In this document: piece after piece, positions 37,301 through 51,484 of the stretch
Layout of the letters: each line of letters starts with the position of its first letter
Numbering within the stretch: position 1 is the first letter of the stretch
NCBI GenBank assembly: GCA_965655095.1
Contig: OZ296650.1
Location: 106,578,001-106,642,000 of the forward strand
From: Haplodiscus bocki
Lineage: Eukaryota
Length of the DNA: 64,000 nucleotides
Reading direction: 5' to 3'
The notes under the pieces: model-generated
Told to the model about the DNA's origin: nothing
Database searches by the model: none
Seen by the model: the letters and a program-made list of their open reading frames with translations, nothing else
Position numbers and translations under genes: made by a program

Positions 37301-39799
37301 AATGTTTTTGTCATAAACTAGTTGATGTGATCTTGATTCAGCATTCGAACTATTCATCGAGAAAAGTGCATTCTCAAATTTCCGTTTTAACTGTAGTTTT
37401 CATGTGTTATAAAATGGAGCCTGAATTGCACTAACTCGATGGTAGCCCTACCAGTGTCGGGAATTGTCCATGGCCAGCATGGACTTAGCTAAAGTTGAAA
37501 TGATAAAAAAGTTAATATCGGTGATGTCTTCATCACCAAAAATCTCGTTTTGTGCTCTTCCCCTATCCCGACATTCTATTTTTAGCTTGTAATCTTATAG
37601 GGCCTAATTTTTTTGGACTACTGGTACCCTGCCTATGCCGGGCCTTGTCCATGGCCAATAGAGCTCAAAATTCATTCGAAAAGGATACATACAAAAAGCA
37701 TTGAAGTTTTGCAGATTTCTTGGAAAATTTTGTTAAAAATCTGGCCAGCAACCTTTTTGCGTGGATGTAAAAACTATTAAAAATCTTGGAATTTTATTTT
37801 AAAAGTAACAACAACATGGAAAAACTTGTGAAACTTTCACGCAGCATTAACTGGCTGGTTACACATTTTTTGCTGAAAATGTTTCATTTCACAGTACGGA
37901 AAAACTTTGTGGGACAACAATTTTGGCACCAAATCTATGTCTTGTTGTATTGCTAATCGGTTGTTGTGGTCTACTGGTTTGGCCTCTCTTCGTTTATTGC
38001 TAAATTGATTCTTTAATCAACACATGAAATCTTATTAATGTTTCCAGCAAACAACTTTTGAAGAATACTTCATTCCCTATGACGGCATTAAAGCCACCCA
38101 ACCAGTTTCTTTTCCCCGATTCAAGTCGAGTTTCCACGGAGTTTTACGTTCTGACCAAAACAATGGTATGCCATTAGCTATCATTTCGTCCAACTCAGCA
38201 GCTGAAGTTGTCCGTCATGGCTACCTACTCATTTTGTGAACCCTGATTACGCAATGCAGTTGCTCCTGAGAAAAAAACTATCAAAGATACACTAGTCGTA
38301 TTCTATGTTACCGCCTGCACTAACCCTTTTAGCATTTAACCAACTTTAATTCAAGAAATTTATGTAAAATTTTGTGTGATAAACTATATTATCTGTTCGG
38401 CTGCAGTCCCACGAAGATGAGTTTGAGGCCAGTATTTTTCAAGCTGACAAGATTTCCCAAATTGAAAAAATGTTAACAAAGCAGAAAGTTTGATGGAATA
38501 CCAAAAACTGGACTAAATTCCAGATTAAATGGTGGAATTCGAGAGAAAGAATTATTACTCTAAATGAATGAGATCATGTTGTAATGTTGATTTGCCTTTT
38601 CTTCAATTTATACAATTTTTGCTTCTCTTTTGTTCAATCGAAAATGATTTTTGAATTCAACGAGTTGTTTTTGGAAAAGTCACAGGGGGCAATACCCAAA
38701 ATTTGTCAAAGTTTAATAGTTCCATTTATATCTGTTTTTAAGGTTAGCTACTTTTTGTTCAGAAGATTTAACTTTTTTCAATCTGGAGTTTGAAAGTAAA
38801 TGTTCTTTGACTTTTTCACTAGCGTTTTTTTGCATTTAAGGCCTAAAAGCGAATCGGGACGAGGACAGATTTGTATATCCCAAGAAAGTACATAAAACAT
38901 AGATTTTTTTTGAAAAAAAGTACTCAATTTTTCAGAGGAAAATGAGTATGGAATAGGCAAGAAGTTAGGCAATAGGCATTAGAGGAGTCTCTTCAGTAAA
39001 ATTCGCTGAATGTGAAAAAAAGCAAAAACATGAATGGACTATTAGAAAAGTTTATAAAGCTAAAGGTTTTCAACCTCTTTTCCTGGTTCATATATTGGCG
39101 AGGACAAAAGTTTACTATCAAATAAAGAGAAATTTGGGCAGAGTAACTCCCATTTTTACCAAGTTGGCCAAATTCCAAAGAATTGAAAAAAAATTTCCGG
39201 GGAGAAACCAGGAAAATATTAAGCTACATTCGCATACTAGAAATTCAATAGTTGGAAAAGTATGTGCTTCAAAAAGCAAGGCCCGTTCTGCTCCAAAAGT
39301 TGCCAGGATAGCTCAATCTGAGATCAAAACGGAATGAAAGCGAATCAAAACCTCAACGCATTAAAGCATATAACCAATAAAGCATTGTTTTTTGCATACG
39401 GAGGTTCAAGAGAAAAATTGATTGCGCCGAAGTTTCGTCATAAACTGTTGTTTTCAGCAAAAACAGTTTGCAGTTTGATACCTCTGTGCTAAAGAGAGCA
39501 ATGTTTGATTTTAGATGTACATGTTGACTGCCAAAAAGTAAAACTTGACGACTGCTTGTGACACATTCTGGAGACATGAGCGAGAGTTAAGGCAAAAAAC
39601 TTCGTTTTCATGGTTTTTATTTGCAACTCTGAATACGAAATTTAAAAGTTCACAACAGTTCAGAACAGACACCGTCAAGATCTTATTGTTTAGTCAGACT
39701 TCAGGGATCACCAACTTTTCTTGAAGTGAATCAATCAAATGTTTTTCCTCCGAAGTAATGTAACAGAATTGAGATTAGGAAAGCCAAAACAACCATATA

Positions 39800-42700
39800 T
39801 ATTACACATCGGACTTTTTTTAACCTGGTTATGTAGCGGTAACGAAATAGAGCAGTCACAGAGAACTACTCTCCAGGAATTTGTTCATGTGTACGTTCGT
39901 AAACAACAATTGGTTTTATTTATCCGAACTTTGTTTTTCATCAAACCGAAGAAAACTAAAGCAGTGCATTTAGATTTTAGAAGCTGAATCATTTTTACCA
40001 TATCTCTTAGAAAACACATAAGTGCATTAACAAGATTTCTTACTACCACTTCCACCGAAAAAACACTAACATTGAAAATTCATTAGGTACTATTAAAAAT
40101 TACTACACCGGAAGATAATGACCAAAGAGAAAGCAGACACTTTGCCCGGACGAGAGACGGATAGATCCGAAGAGCCTGTAAGTACCAAAAATGGTTCGAG
40201 CCGTTCAAGCAATATACAAAAAGGAAACACAACATGAACATCTGAACAATAATCAAAGAAGGAACATTTATCGAAACCGAACGGAAGAGAAATGAAAATA
40301 ATACAACGAGACTTTTCTTGGGTACTGAGACCCAAACCAACACGTCAAAAAATACGGTTCGATTACCGAGCCAGACAGGATAAAAGAAAAAGTGACCAAA
40401 TGATCAAACTATATAACAGATATTTTTTGCCGAAGAAAAAGAATTACAACTCACGCGACTTTTTTCTGGGCGAAATAATCAGACACGGAAACACCGGAGG
40501 AAGATTAAGAGAAATTAATTGAAATAGATAAAGACTGTGATTTTCCGGACTTCGGTACCGAGTAACTTATATCAGTTTTTATAACGCCAATTGCCGACAA
40601 GACAATACGGGACAAATTGTTGAAAGAGAAAGATTGAGAGGTACCAAAAAAGTCGAACAAACACAACAGTATATATACTAAAGAAGGAACAAAAAGAACA
40701 CTATGCCGAAATGATTATATAAAACCGGGAAAAATCAACGAAAAACCTATACACATAAACAAATATACAACAAAATACGGATCGAGACCGAAAGAAAGAC
40801 CAAAACAACGGAATTGCAGATAATGCAACGCACGAGTTTGGAACCCCAACACCAAACGTCCAGCCCCAGGGTCAACATGCTATCATTGAAGAAAGAAGGG
40901 CTTTTTGCCCAAGTTTATTGATTTAACCCCGAAGAGAACAAGAAATTTCGAAATTTACCGAACCCGAAGGGACCGAAGAGAGCGAGACTGACAAAATCAT
41001 AAATGTAGTGACCAGAAATACACATAACCGACCTAGGAAACCACAATGCCATCACAATAAAAATCGAATGAACAGAAAAAAAACATCTATTGTGGATACT
41101 GGATAACCGGATATAAAAACACCATTGGGAAAAAAACCAGGAACAAAAAAACCGGTAACTGTAAAGTATCAAATTGTCAAAAAGAAGGAAGTAGAGAAGT
41201 AAAATTCCTCGGGAAAATTACGGTAGAATTAGGGAGCATAGGAATTTGAAAGAATTTAAACATAATGAATACTAAACGAGAAGACATTCTGCAAAATTGG
41301 AATGCAACTGAAACCTTGACATCCGCCAATAAAACAGAGAAACAAAACCTATACTATACCGACTAGAGAGTTGCGTTGAAAAACGAAACAAACAAACTAC
41401 TCAAATTGGGACATCTACAGAATTTCAAAAAGTAGAAGCAGGCTGTTTTGTCCTTCAAAAGTTATAATCGTGAAAAAAAACAAGTCAAAAAAGGCATTGG
41501 AAGCAAGAAAACTAAAAGGCAGTCGTTTTAAAACGAGACCACAAATGTCGGTTATGGAGGAAACCCTACATTGATTATCCACCGAAATATCGACAGTACA
41601 GAAGGAACTGTTTTGGATATCAAAAAATAGATCTAAAGTACGTTTATGACTAATTGAAATTGTCCGAGGAAACACGCGGACAATGCAAGTTCGCCATGAA
41701 CAGAGGGTGTATGAACAAAATTAGGTACGGACTTAAACGGAGACTCTACGTTGTATCCGACATCCCGTTAAATTTTCAGGAAAAAATAGACGAAACATTG
41801 AACTACCAAACACCTGTGTGGCTAGATGAGATAATCGTAAAATTAAAAATGGACAACAAACACCTAACAAATTTGTTTACATTACTTCAGAAACTTCAAG
41901 GAACCGGATACAGAGCAAGCTAGACAAAATCCGAATTCTTTTTGAGGAAAACAACCTGGCTAGGGCATGGAATTAGCGAGAAACGAAGAAACCTGAATAA
42001 AGAAATATTAGAGTCATGCTACAAAAAAAATCTGCAACATAAAACCATTCCTCAGAGCAATATAATACACTGCAAAACTTTGTAAGGAAACTCAATAAAA
42101 TCTAACCGATTATGACAGTTTTTGAAGAAGAAAACGAAATAGAAATGGATCAAAAACCGAGAATAGGATTTTACTGAAATAACAAAAAGGTTAACAGAAA
42201 TACAAGGTTCAGCACATTTCGCTAGAAGTTGAGAAATTTTAGTAACAATTGACGGAAGTAGAGGTAAATTCGGAATGATTCTATGAGAGAAACAAAGCGA
42301 CAATACAATTCGATCAATAGCATTTGCCAGCAGGTTTTTGAATGACGCCGAAAAAAAAATTTGCTAGGAGAGCTAGAGCTATTAGCAGTAGTATGAGGAC
42401 GGGGGAACTTCTGGTTCTATTTTTGCGGTTAAGTAGTTTACAGGTACACAGACTACCATTCTTGAGAACCATTACTTGAACGAAACCGGGCTGACCGACC
42501 ATACTGTGAACTATTAACATGATGACTAGATAGATTGGCACACCACAACAATTCGAAATAAGTCATTGTTGGAAAAGACTCAAAACCCACGGAGTTTTCG
42601 AGTAGACACCCAACAGAAAGAGTTTTGACCTATGAAATTTAGGATGAAGAAAGTGTTATTATTTTTCTCAACGAACTTCCTCAATCGAACCAAAAGTATG

Positions 42701-45400
42701 GTCAAATGCTTAACAAGGACCAAAATTTTCGATCGACCGAAAAATCAATGAGCATGGTTTTAATGACGAACTAAAAACCGACTAAAAATGATTCACCAAA
42801 AGAACTGATTCCGGACGTTGAATCAAATAGTTTCCCAAGGCAAATGATTACAAATATATAAATCAATCAGTGTGAATTCTAATTTTTTCGACAGCACCAA
42901 CCATTTTGATTTTACGGATTTGAAAAAAGAAGAGACATTTCTGCACGAATATCATCATTGGGGAGCAAATAAGAAGATCGTGGTTATAATCACCAAGAAA
43001 GATAAAAGTCCCAAAACGATTTGGTTGGTGGAGAAACGAAGATAAATACAAACCCGGAAACCTTCGGCTCAATTTTGATTGCAACCTAAACCGGAAAGTG
43101 TGGGTATCGAGATGAGCGGTCAAGAAACGGAAAGATGAAGTAGCATCAATCGACTGGAAACTGCTTTTCAGAAATAACAAGTAGGATCGATGGGATGGCG
43201 GATATTCTGAACTCAATGACCAGAGGCCAAGCACAAGCACGGAGAACAATGAACAAAAGCTCAAAAATATGTCGAGTACTAAAAAAAGTGACTCAGTGCG
43301 GATAATGGCACACCTCTTCATCGTAGATTTGGGGGAATACGACATCGGAGAAGAGACAATACATTACATTCAAGTAAACCATTGGATCGACAAGCCAAAG
43401 AGGATTACCGAAGCAGAGGAAAACCTCAAGAAGGCCATATTCGTTTTCATGGTTGATTTGAAAACTCTTTTTCGCAAAAGTTCAGTTGAACTGAAACTAC
43501 TACAACTGAAAATATGTCTACGCAACAATCAGAAAGAAAGAGCTCTCGAAAATTATTCTCCAGTGTTCAGTAAACTAACTCAATGTTTCGGTTAGTTGTT
43601 TGCGGGCGACAAAATTGTTATCCCGAAGAGCTAAAGAGGGAGATGTTGGAAGCACTACACTAGAGCCAACACGGCTCGATGAAATTGTTGACCAAGAGTA
43701 ACCTATTCTGGGGGTCTTGGATTGGAAAGGATAATGAGAACAATTGTAGTACTTTACTGCATGCATGACTTCTGGTAAGGGATATAAAACTTATCATTTA
43801 CCGTCGACCGAAAAAATCGAGCTACCGGTACTAACCTAACCCCAACAAGGAATACAAAATGATTTCAACGGTGAACTACTCACTAAAATTTTGACCGGTG
43901 AACCGTACTTTCTTAAGGGAGTTGACTGATATAGCATATGGTCTGTAGTTCGGACGTGTAAATCAAACGAAGCGAGGAAATTCATCAAATTTATGGACAC
44001 GTTAATTAAATTACATGGAGTCCCGGAGAAAATAAAATCAGATAGGGGTAGTGCTTTTATATCCGAAGACTATGGAGAGTTTTGCAAAAGTAAGAACATC
44101 GAATAAAAATATAATCCACCGAGGGTGCACACCTGCACGGGGGTGGTAAAATGAGCAACACAAAATCTAGTGAATTTGATTATCGCCAATTTAGAAGGTA
44201 AGTTCGTGTTCAAGGAAAACATAGACCAAGCTTGGGGGGTGATGCCTTTTACCAAAGTTACCGGACTGAAAATAACCTCAATTGAATTATACCACGGTAT
44301 AAAACCGAGAACTGAATTGACTAAAAAATTCAACAACAACGGGAGTTCTTTTTCCAACGGGGCCACATTAAACGTTTCAGTACCTCCAAGACAGATTCTG
44401 ATTCACGTGAGACGCAGTGAGAAAGAGGAGCTGACGACCACATAGTCATGGCAAAAAAAGAGAAGGGTTTTAATTGCTCGTCTCAAAAATCACTGGAAAA
44501 AAGACGGTTACAGCCGTTAACTTCCAATATCCGTATAGGTTTTTTGAAAAAAAATCAGAAAACGTCACATTGAAGAGAATAAAAGGAACAACCGAACATT
44601 GTCATTGACGGTACCGAGCGCACGGTCCGTACAGCAGAATGTAGAGAATCACATCGGAAATTAATATCAGCATTGCCTAGGTTTCAAAACTCACTGAAGA
44701 AGGACATGTAGCCAAACATACACCAATTGATAGGTCCGGGCGAAAAATATGTGAGTGCTTCGGAGAAAATACTGAGCCTGGAGGTAAGCAGAATTGCCAA
44801 GTAGAAATCGAAAGTCCAAAAAGTAGATTCAGACGAAGAAGATACTGGTTTTGAGTGTTACGATAATTCCGGGGGTAAGCAGATTCACGTTGTTGTTGAA
44901 AAATGATACATCGGAAGCAGTCAAAAAGATCCGAGACTTGCGCCCTCACTGAACGAATCAGAAGGAATAAAATCAACAACGGTGATTAGACAGGGGCTGA
45001 GATTGGTAATACTAGCGTACGCAGCTCTAACCGACCCATTGTATCGCTGGAACATTTAGGTGGTATACCTTTTTTCTGAGCCTAATTCAATGTATGCTTT
45101 AATTACAAGACCAACTCGAGAAAAACCGCAGAGATCAAAACCGAGACTGATGACGATGGAAGAGATCGATTCGGATTACAACCCGTTGGAGGAGAAGTAA
45201 TGACTAGAAAGAGGGGAAGGTTATAGGGTGAATTCTGTTTATCCGTTATGTTACTGTAACGAAAAAGAGCAGTCATATGGAATTATTTTTAGAAACTTGT
45301 TTATCCGTATGTTGATGATGAACTGTTTGTTTTAATGATCCGAAGTTTGTATTTCATCATGCCGAAGAAAACTAGAACAGTGCTCTTAGATATTGGATAC
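39800..45400 (+). mobile_element. Old, degraded Ty3/Gypsy LTR retrotransposon
   Basis: Diverged direct repeats ~39825-39975 and ~45245-45395 (gtaacgaaa.agagcagtca; ccgaagaaaacta..cagtgc..ttagat). PPT agaaagaggggaagg at 45206-45220. RT remnant VWLDEII; RNase H AFASRFLNDAEK..ELELLAVV; integrase LHGVPEKIKSDRGSAFISEDY. Confidence 0.82.
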
Positions 45401-46306
45401 AAAAGTGTTTTTACCAATTCTGTTGAATAGAACAATATACAAGTAAGTCCCAATGAACATTAGATTCGATATTGTAGCTACAGCGCATTAGTTGCAAGGA
45501 CTGATGACCAAAATTGCATTTTTCATATAAAATAAATCGTTTCTCGAAAAAATTTTGGCTTTTTGTGTTTGTCCAACAAATAAAGTTTGTTGTTGACTAA
45601 CACTTTCAGATATTCACAGCAGGGACGAGGCAATCTTGTTTTATTTTTGTAGTTATTAGAGTAACCAGACGCTCTGTTTAAGAATACTACGCTTATCATG
45701 ATTTAGTCATATATTATCTCTATGTAAACGATTTTGACGTGCATCTACATCATGCTGCATCCATTTATTCAACTGCCTGGACAGTCAAAGTTGGTATCAT
45801 CAGGTAAAAACGAAAAACTATTAGGTCTACTTTTTACAAAGGAAGCTCTTCTTTAATTTGCATTAGAAAATGTTGAGGGCCTAAAAATCAACTTCAAGGG
45901 ACTTCATAGCCACCACATGCAGAAAATGCAAGATTACCGTTCACAGATACACAGTGATTTCTTTCAAGCAACTAGCTGCCGAACCACTCGTAATCTATGC
46001 CCCTCTCTCTAAAATACATATGTTTTTCCTTTCCACCTGATGATTGAGTGATTCGGTTGATTGCCATTTTGATGTCAAGTTAACGGCAGTTCACTTAGAA
46101 GGCAGTATTGAATCCTAATTATTCTACTCAATTGAACCAGGTCATGCATTGCACGTAATAAAAAACTTGAATAATATGCCGTATATATAACTAAATGCTT
46201 TAACGGAAGAATACTATTTTCTGATCCATCAAGTGCAAATCTTGCTAACAGAACTCGATAAAGAGATAGGCCGACAGTTTTTTATCTCGCATATGTCAAC
46301 GCCCTT

Positions 46307-47258
46307 CCCTAGTGAGACGTACAGATAAAACATGCAAAATGCATGCATGCATGCAGCCAAATAATTTATAAAACATGGAAAATTCAGACATCTTGCATGG
46401 AAAAATCGTACAAAATTTGTCTGCACTTTGTAAAATTCTTGCAAAAATTGCCTGAAACATGGAAAATTTTTGAAAAATCCTTCATGGTTTGCGGATTCAA
46501 TTTGATGTTTTCGGGTCCAGAACGTCGTTTCCTTCCTCTGAACTTAGACAGGAATCCTAAAAGCTTTTCTGAGGGAAAATGTCAACAAAAACTCAAATTA
46601 AATTTTGAAAAAAAGTAATTCTTTGCAAATGTATTTAAAAATTGAATAAAACACAACTATTTAAAGAAGACCACTCCGAAAAAAATGCAAAGAATCTCAA
46701 TTTGACCGTTTTTACTGACTGGCATCCAAGTTCCGGACACATCCATCGACCAAGCCCATTCATCTCAGAAATCGACCAATCATTAGGGCTCCTTTTGGCA
46801 CTTTCCGCAAAAAAGTAGTCCCAAAAGAACAACCATCTACGTTATTTTTTCTGCAAAAATCAAAAAATTGTATAATATTTTTCGATCAAATTTTTTGTTT
46901 GCATTGGTGCCTGACCTATTGTTGTTGCCGAAAAATTTTCTACATTCAAAAATTTTCTCAGTTTCACGAATTTGTTTCGGATTTTGCACTGCATCGAAGA
47001 TTGACAACTGAGTCAACAAATACATGTAGTAGCCCGGAAACTTGGAAAATTTCGCAGACAAAAGTAATTAAAATTTTGCAAAGAACAATGAAACCCCCCG
47101 CGAAATTGTGTAAATCTCATGAAAGAAACTTAATAAATACCAAGGCCACAGATAAATTTCCGTCCTTGAACAATTTTGTATTAAATTTCTAAAATCATGC
47201 AAATAGTTTAAGGTATTTTGTAAATTCATGTAAAGTTTCAAATGCAAGAAGACTAGGG
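46307..47258. mobile_element. MITE-like element with CCCTAG termini and TT flanks
   Basis: tt|ccctagtg ... gactaggg|tt; internal tgcatg/ttgcaa-rich repeats. Confidence 0.55.
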
Positions 47259-49429
47259 TTATGAAGAGGTGTCATTTTTTGCACCTCAATGATTGCGGAC
47301 TAAACTTTTGATGTAGGGACAATAGGGTGAAACAAAAATGGATCTACAATTTACAAATACCTCGTGAGTAATATTTTACCTTTTTGGTAGTATTATCTAT
47401 GGCAGAGGAGTTTTTTGTTGAAGATTTTATTTGGTCGTCGTAATTTCATTCTTCTAAGTTTCCTCCACAAACCTGAACTATGTACATATTCAACCGGTTC
47501 TTCATTATCGAGAGCAGTACAATAAACTGCAAGCTTACAACCAATGGTGACAAATTTTTTGTTGAAACCTTGTGCAATTTCAATTGGACAATTAGCAGAG
47601 TCGATTGATCTGAAGCATTTTCAAACTTTACACTTCTTTTACGAACTTTGGACGTCAATATTGAGTCACCCGCAAAATTATTAAACCGGTTGTACAAAAA
47701 ACGTCTGTTCTTGAGTCCTAATTACTTCATTCTTCATTGACAGATTTCCTTGAGTTGAGACTTTCAGGTTGTCATGAAGAATTTCTGAATGTTTTCCTCA
47801 TGGTGTTTCTTTTGATAGTGGCATTTGTGATTTTGATTTGTAACCACTCTTATGTAGAGTTCACGCAGAGGGCGAATAGACACTGAAAGATAGAACTGAA
47901 AGATAACAGAAGATTTATTTGGACCGTCTTTTTAGGAATTAAGTGTTTTCGATATTAGGCTGTTGTTCGAATAAAAACTTCGGATGAAAACAGTTTTAAC
48001 CATGCTCCGCTCTACATTGAAAGAACTTTCCGTCCTGAAATAGTCCAATGAATTGGTAGTCTCTATGTTCTACTTCATTTCATAGAAGAGTTTACCTTCC
48101 CTAGACCACACCATTTAACTCATGGTCTGATGCATCTTCTTTCAACTTTTCAAAAAGTTTACTTTGGATGTCATTTTGTCCTTGAATATGCCGACTGCTT
48201 GTAGGTCTTTCTCTTTTTTGGAGACTTTTTTCTTCATTGAAAATATCAGTTTTGTCCCGAGAAGTGAACAATCAGAAGTCTATTCCAAATAACCCTTGAT
48301 GGCTAACGATGTTTTATTGAGATATTTCTGCGGTCCATTTTTTCAACTAGTTTGATTGTTTGTTTCTGATAGTGTTGTCCGGTAACTGATAAGTAATATT
48401 TCTCCCAGCAGCCAAAACTTTCTCAGATTCTAACGTCAATTTTCAGATTCAATCATATCCGCTTCAATGACACGTTTCCAGATGGTTCATCTTTCATGAA
48501 TACTCAATTTCTCCTTCCAGATTCGTAGCAACTAACCAGCAAAAAACAAACATTTGGAAGAAGAAGGTTTCTGTTTTTCTTTTTCGTCACTAAAAACCTT
48601 TTCGAATGTATTGAAAAGCTATGATAATCTAATACGTCTTAAAATGTGATAATTAATGCTATTTTAACCAAAACAGTTGTTGATTGGTCGCCCAGGTGTT
48701 GAAATGAAATGTTTTGAATTCAGCAAAATGAACTAAAAAATAGATATTTTCAATCTGTTTCGATTGAAAATGTTATACAAACCCATTGAAACAGCATCCA
48801 GTAAAAATGGAATGTGCTGATTTTAGCTGCTCAAGAATGAACTTGTCAGAGTTGCGTCAATTAGAGCCGAAAGATCATGATGCATCCCCTTGAAAAGCAC
48901 CAAAGTAAAAATCAGAGCTGTGTTTGTTTCTTTTCCAAACAAACGCTTTGCAAAAAACAGGACCACTGAAATGGTTATTGATTTCATCACAATCTAAAGG
49001 GGAACTTTGGATGTCGACTGAATATTATGCTGTTAAGCTCCACCCATTTGGAACCCACACAGTCAAACGAATTGAGAGTTAAAATCACGCCTTAAAGACA
49101 AGGCTCATTGAATGCCCAGTCCGTGTGCTAGGATTCTTTTTGTTTCAAGTATTCGATAACAAAAGTATATACCTTGACCTTCTTTATAGACATCTCTGGC
49201 GTCTAAAATGTAGCTAGTTGTAAATTTGTAAATTTTGTCCAGCTGACTGCGTTTATACAGATCAGTGCCTCTGTCTAGCTCTCCAGAATAATACTTCTGC
49301 TCAGCTAACTTTTCAACTGCAATTATCGATCATTACCACTGAAGAATTATCCTGATTATGTTTCAAAGCATTACTAGTCATTTTTTTCGAAACTTCCTAC
49401 CAAAATATTCAGAAACGGTCTTGTCGGAT

Positions 49430-49730
49430 ATTTTTGGTTCATGCATTTGGGTATCAGGAAAAATCAAAGTTATATGGAACAAAATTAAAGTAGGTTGTTT
49501 TTTGTAGTAGTTTTCCAGTTTCATTGGCATTTCATTAGGTGACAGAAAAATTAGTTTTGCAGATATTGGGATTATCAATATTCATAATTTTCTGTTCGTG
49601 GCCGTCCAAAATTTTAAACTTGGATTTTTACAAAAATTCACATTTTGGTCAAAAATTTTTTGACTTTGGGTATTTTGGGCTTGGTTATTTTGGGTTTGGT
49701 ATTTTGGAGGGAGTAAAACCATTTCTTTAG
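49430..49730 (+). repeat. ~300-bp dispersed repeat (copy of 25943-26240)
   Basis: Direct sequence match; the ORF-track entries MIIPISEKL.. and MIIPISAKL.. are its antisense translations. Confidence 0.85.
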
Positions 49731-51007
49731 TATATTGGTATTTTAATATACCAATTTTAATATACCTGTGACCTTGGGTCACAGGGAACATCTGCGAGGG
49801 TTATTTATTGAAATCTGCTATATTCGAGGTTTATAACTTCAAGCTGGTCATTTTTAGACCATTCTGATTCGATGTGAAACATACATTCAGTCAGGGCCAT
49901 ACTCGATTGGTAGTCTGGTTTTTGTGTGATTTGCAATGTGCCTGATGGGTTATCTTACCATACAAAAACAGGCTGATCATAGTCTACCATAATAAAAGCA
50001 TGTATACTATGTTCAAATCATGATCAGTAGGAGCGGGAAGCCTGGGACGGTAAAGTGAAAACTTCTTCGGAAAATGGAGTCAAATATAATTGACAATTTA
50101 TTTATACTTCATAATGATTCCAAGAGTGGCGTCAGTAGCATTCGAAATAAACATCCCCCAGGAAAAAATGAGGTTAAATGAAACATCAATTGAAGGATCC
50201 GTTAATGATTTGACCCAAAATTCAACTGTCAAGAGCTATAGTGACAATCACAATAGCGGACTTAGCTTTCACTCCTAACAACTGAACAAAAGTATTCAGG
50301 AAATAGTTCAGAAAAATTGACTCCAAAGAGATCTGACTCAAAAGCTAATAATGTAGGAAAAGGTATACGTAGGAGTCTTGCAAGACAAATTATATCTAGA
50401 TTAAGAGATAATTTGTCTTGGGTCTTTCTTTGTTAAGTCCCATAATTGATTTAACGACGCCTCACACAATAATGGATGAGAAAAATAATAAGCGGCGCCA
50501 TTTTTTGAACCACTCGCTGCTGATTTTTGGCAATCAGAGAAGAGATCACGTATATTTGGGGGAAGGTAATCCTTCTGATAGTAGGTTGGGGGCCATTAGA
50601 AGAGAGAAGACCTTTTGTCTTGTAATATATTGACTTACACTGTCAAAATGGCACAAATATATTTAGAACTTATGGTCAAAACAACATTTTCTCAAAATTT
50701 CATCTATGTGAGAAAAGTGTCTGTTTGGAAATTCTAGAAGAAATATTATGGAAGCTTTTATTTCAACGTTTTGACTGCACTTACGTACTGAATGCACTCA
50801 CAAATTATGATACCCCTAATTGTAAAACTTTCAAAGAACATCAGGAATCTTTGAGAAATGATTACCTTCACAACATATTAACAAAGATTGGGATTATTTC
50901 TCAAAGTTTTTTGATATTTTGATAGTGTAAAGTCAACCAAAGTACAAACAAGAGGGCCGACTACAGCCGGCATACTTTTCGCCCTCCAATTTTGTTGAAG
51001 ATGCCTT

Positions 51008-51344
51008 CCCTAGATGGGGAAATATACATCTCTTGCAAGATTCTTGCGGAATCTTGCAAGATTCTTGCAAGATCTTGCAAAAGAATGCATTATTTTTGCA
51101 AATTCTTGCAAGATTTTTGCGAATAAAAGGTTTCTGGCAAAGTTTTTTAAAGTATCTTGCAAGAAATGTATTCTCTGAAACATTCTTGCAAGAAATATGT
51201 TGCCAGGAAGAATCTTACAAGAAATGCACTGACCTGCAAGAACCTTACAAGAATTGCATAATCTTGCAAGATTCTTGCAAGAAGTATGTTTTTGGACGAA
51301 TCTTGCAAAAATCTCGCCAGAAAAGCATTTTTGTTCGACTAGGG
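51008..51344. mobile_element. MITE with CCCTAG termini, TT TSD, internal tcttgcaaga palindromic repeats
   Basis: tt|ccctag ... ttcgactaggg|tt; more than 10 tcttgcaaga-like units. Confidence 0.75.
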
Positions 51345-51484
51345 TTTTAAAAGGATGAAAGCGTTTTTTATTTCTGAAAAAAATTTTCAAATACTTTCTA
51401 GTTTTCTCGACTTTATAAATTTTCTATTTTTTGCCAAGAGGAGCTCATATTTAAGGTGGAAAAGACATTTTTACCAAAGGATAC

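Noticed and set aside
47440-48560. Coding-like minus-strand stretch
   Set aside because: Multiple stops and no recognisable domain.
50090-50920. Plus-strand ORF fragments vaguely like a Ulp1-type protease relic
   Set aside because: Catalytic His/Asp/Cys motifs could not be identified.
51010-51390. ORFs with repeated SCKNLAR/LQDSCK
   Set aside because: Artefacts of the palindromic tcttgcaaga repeat.
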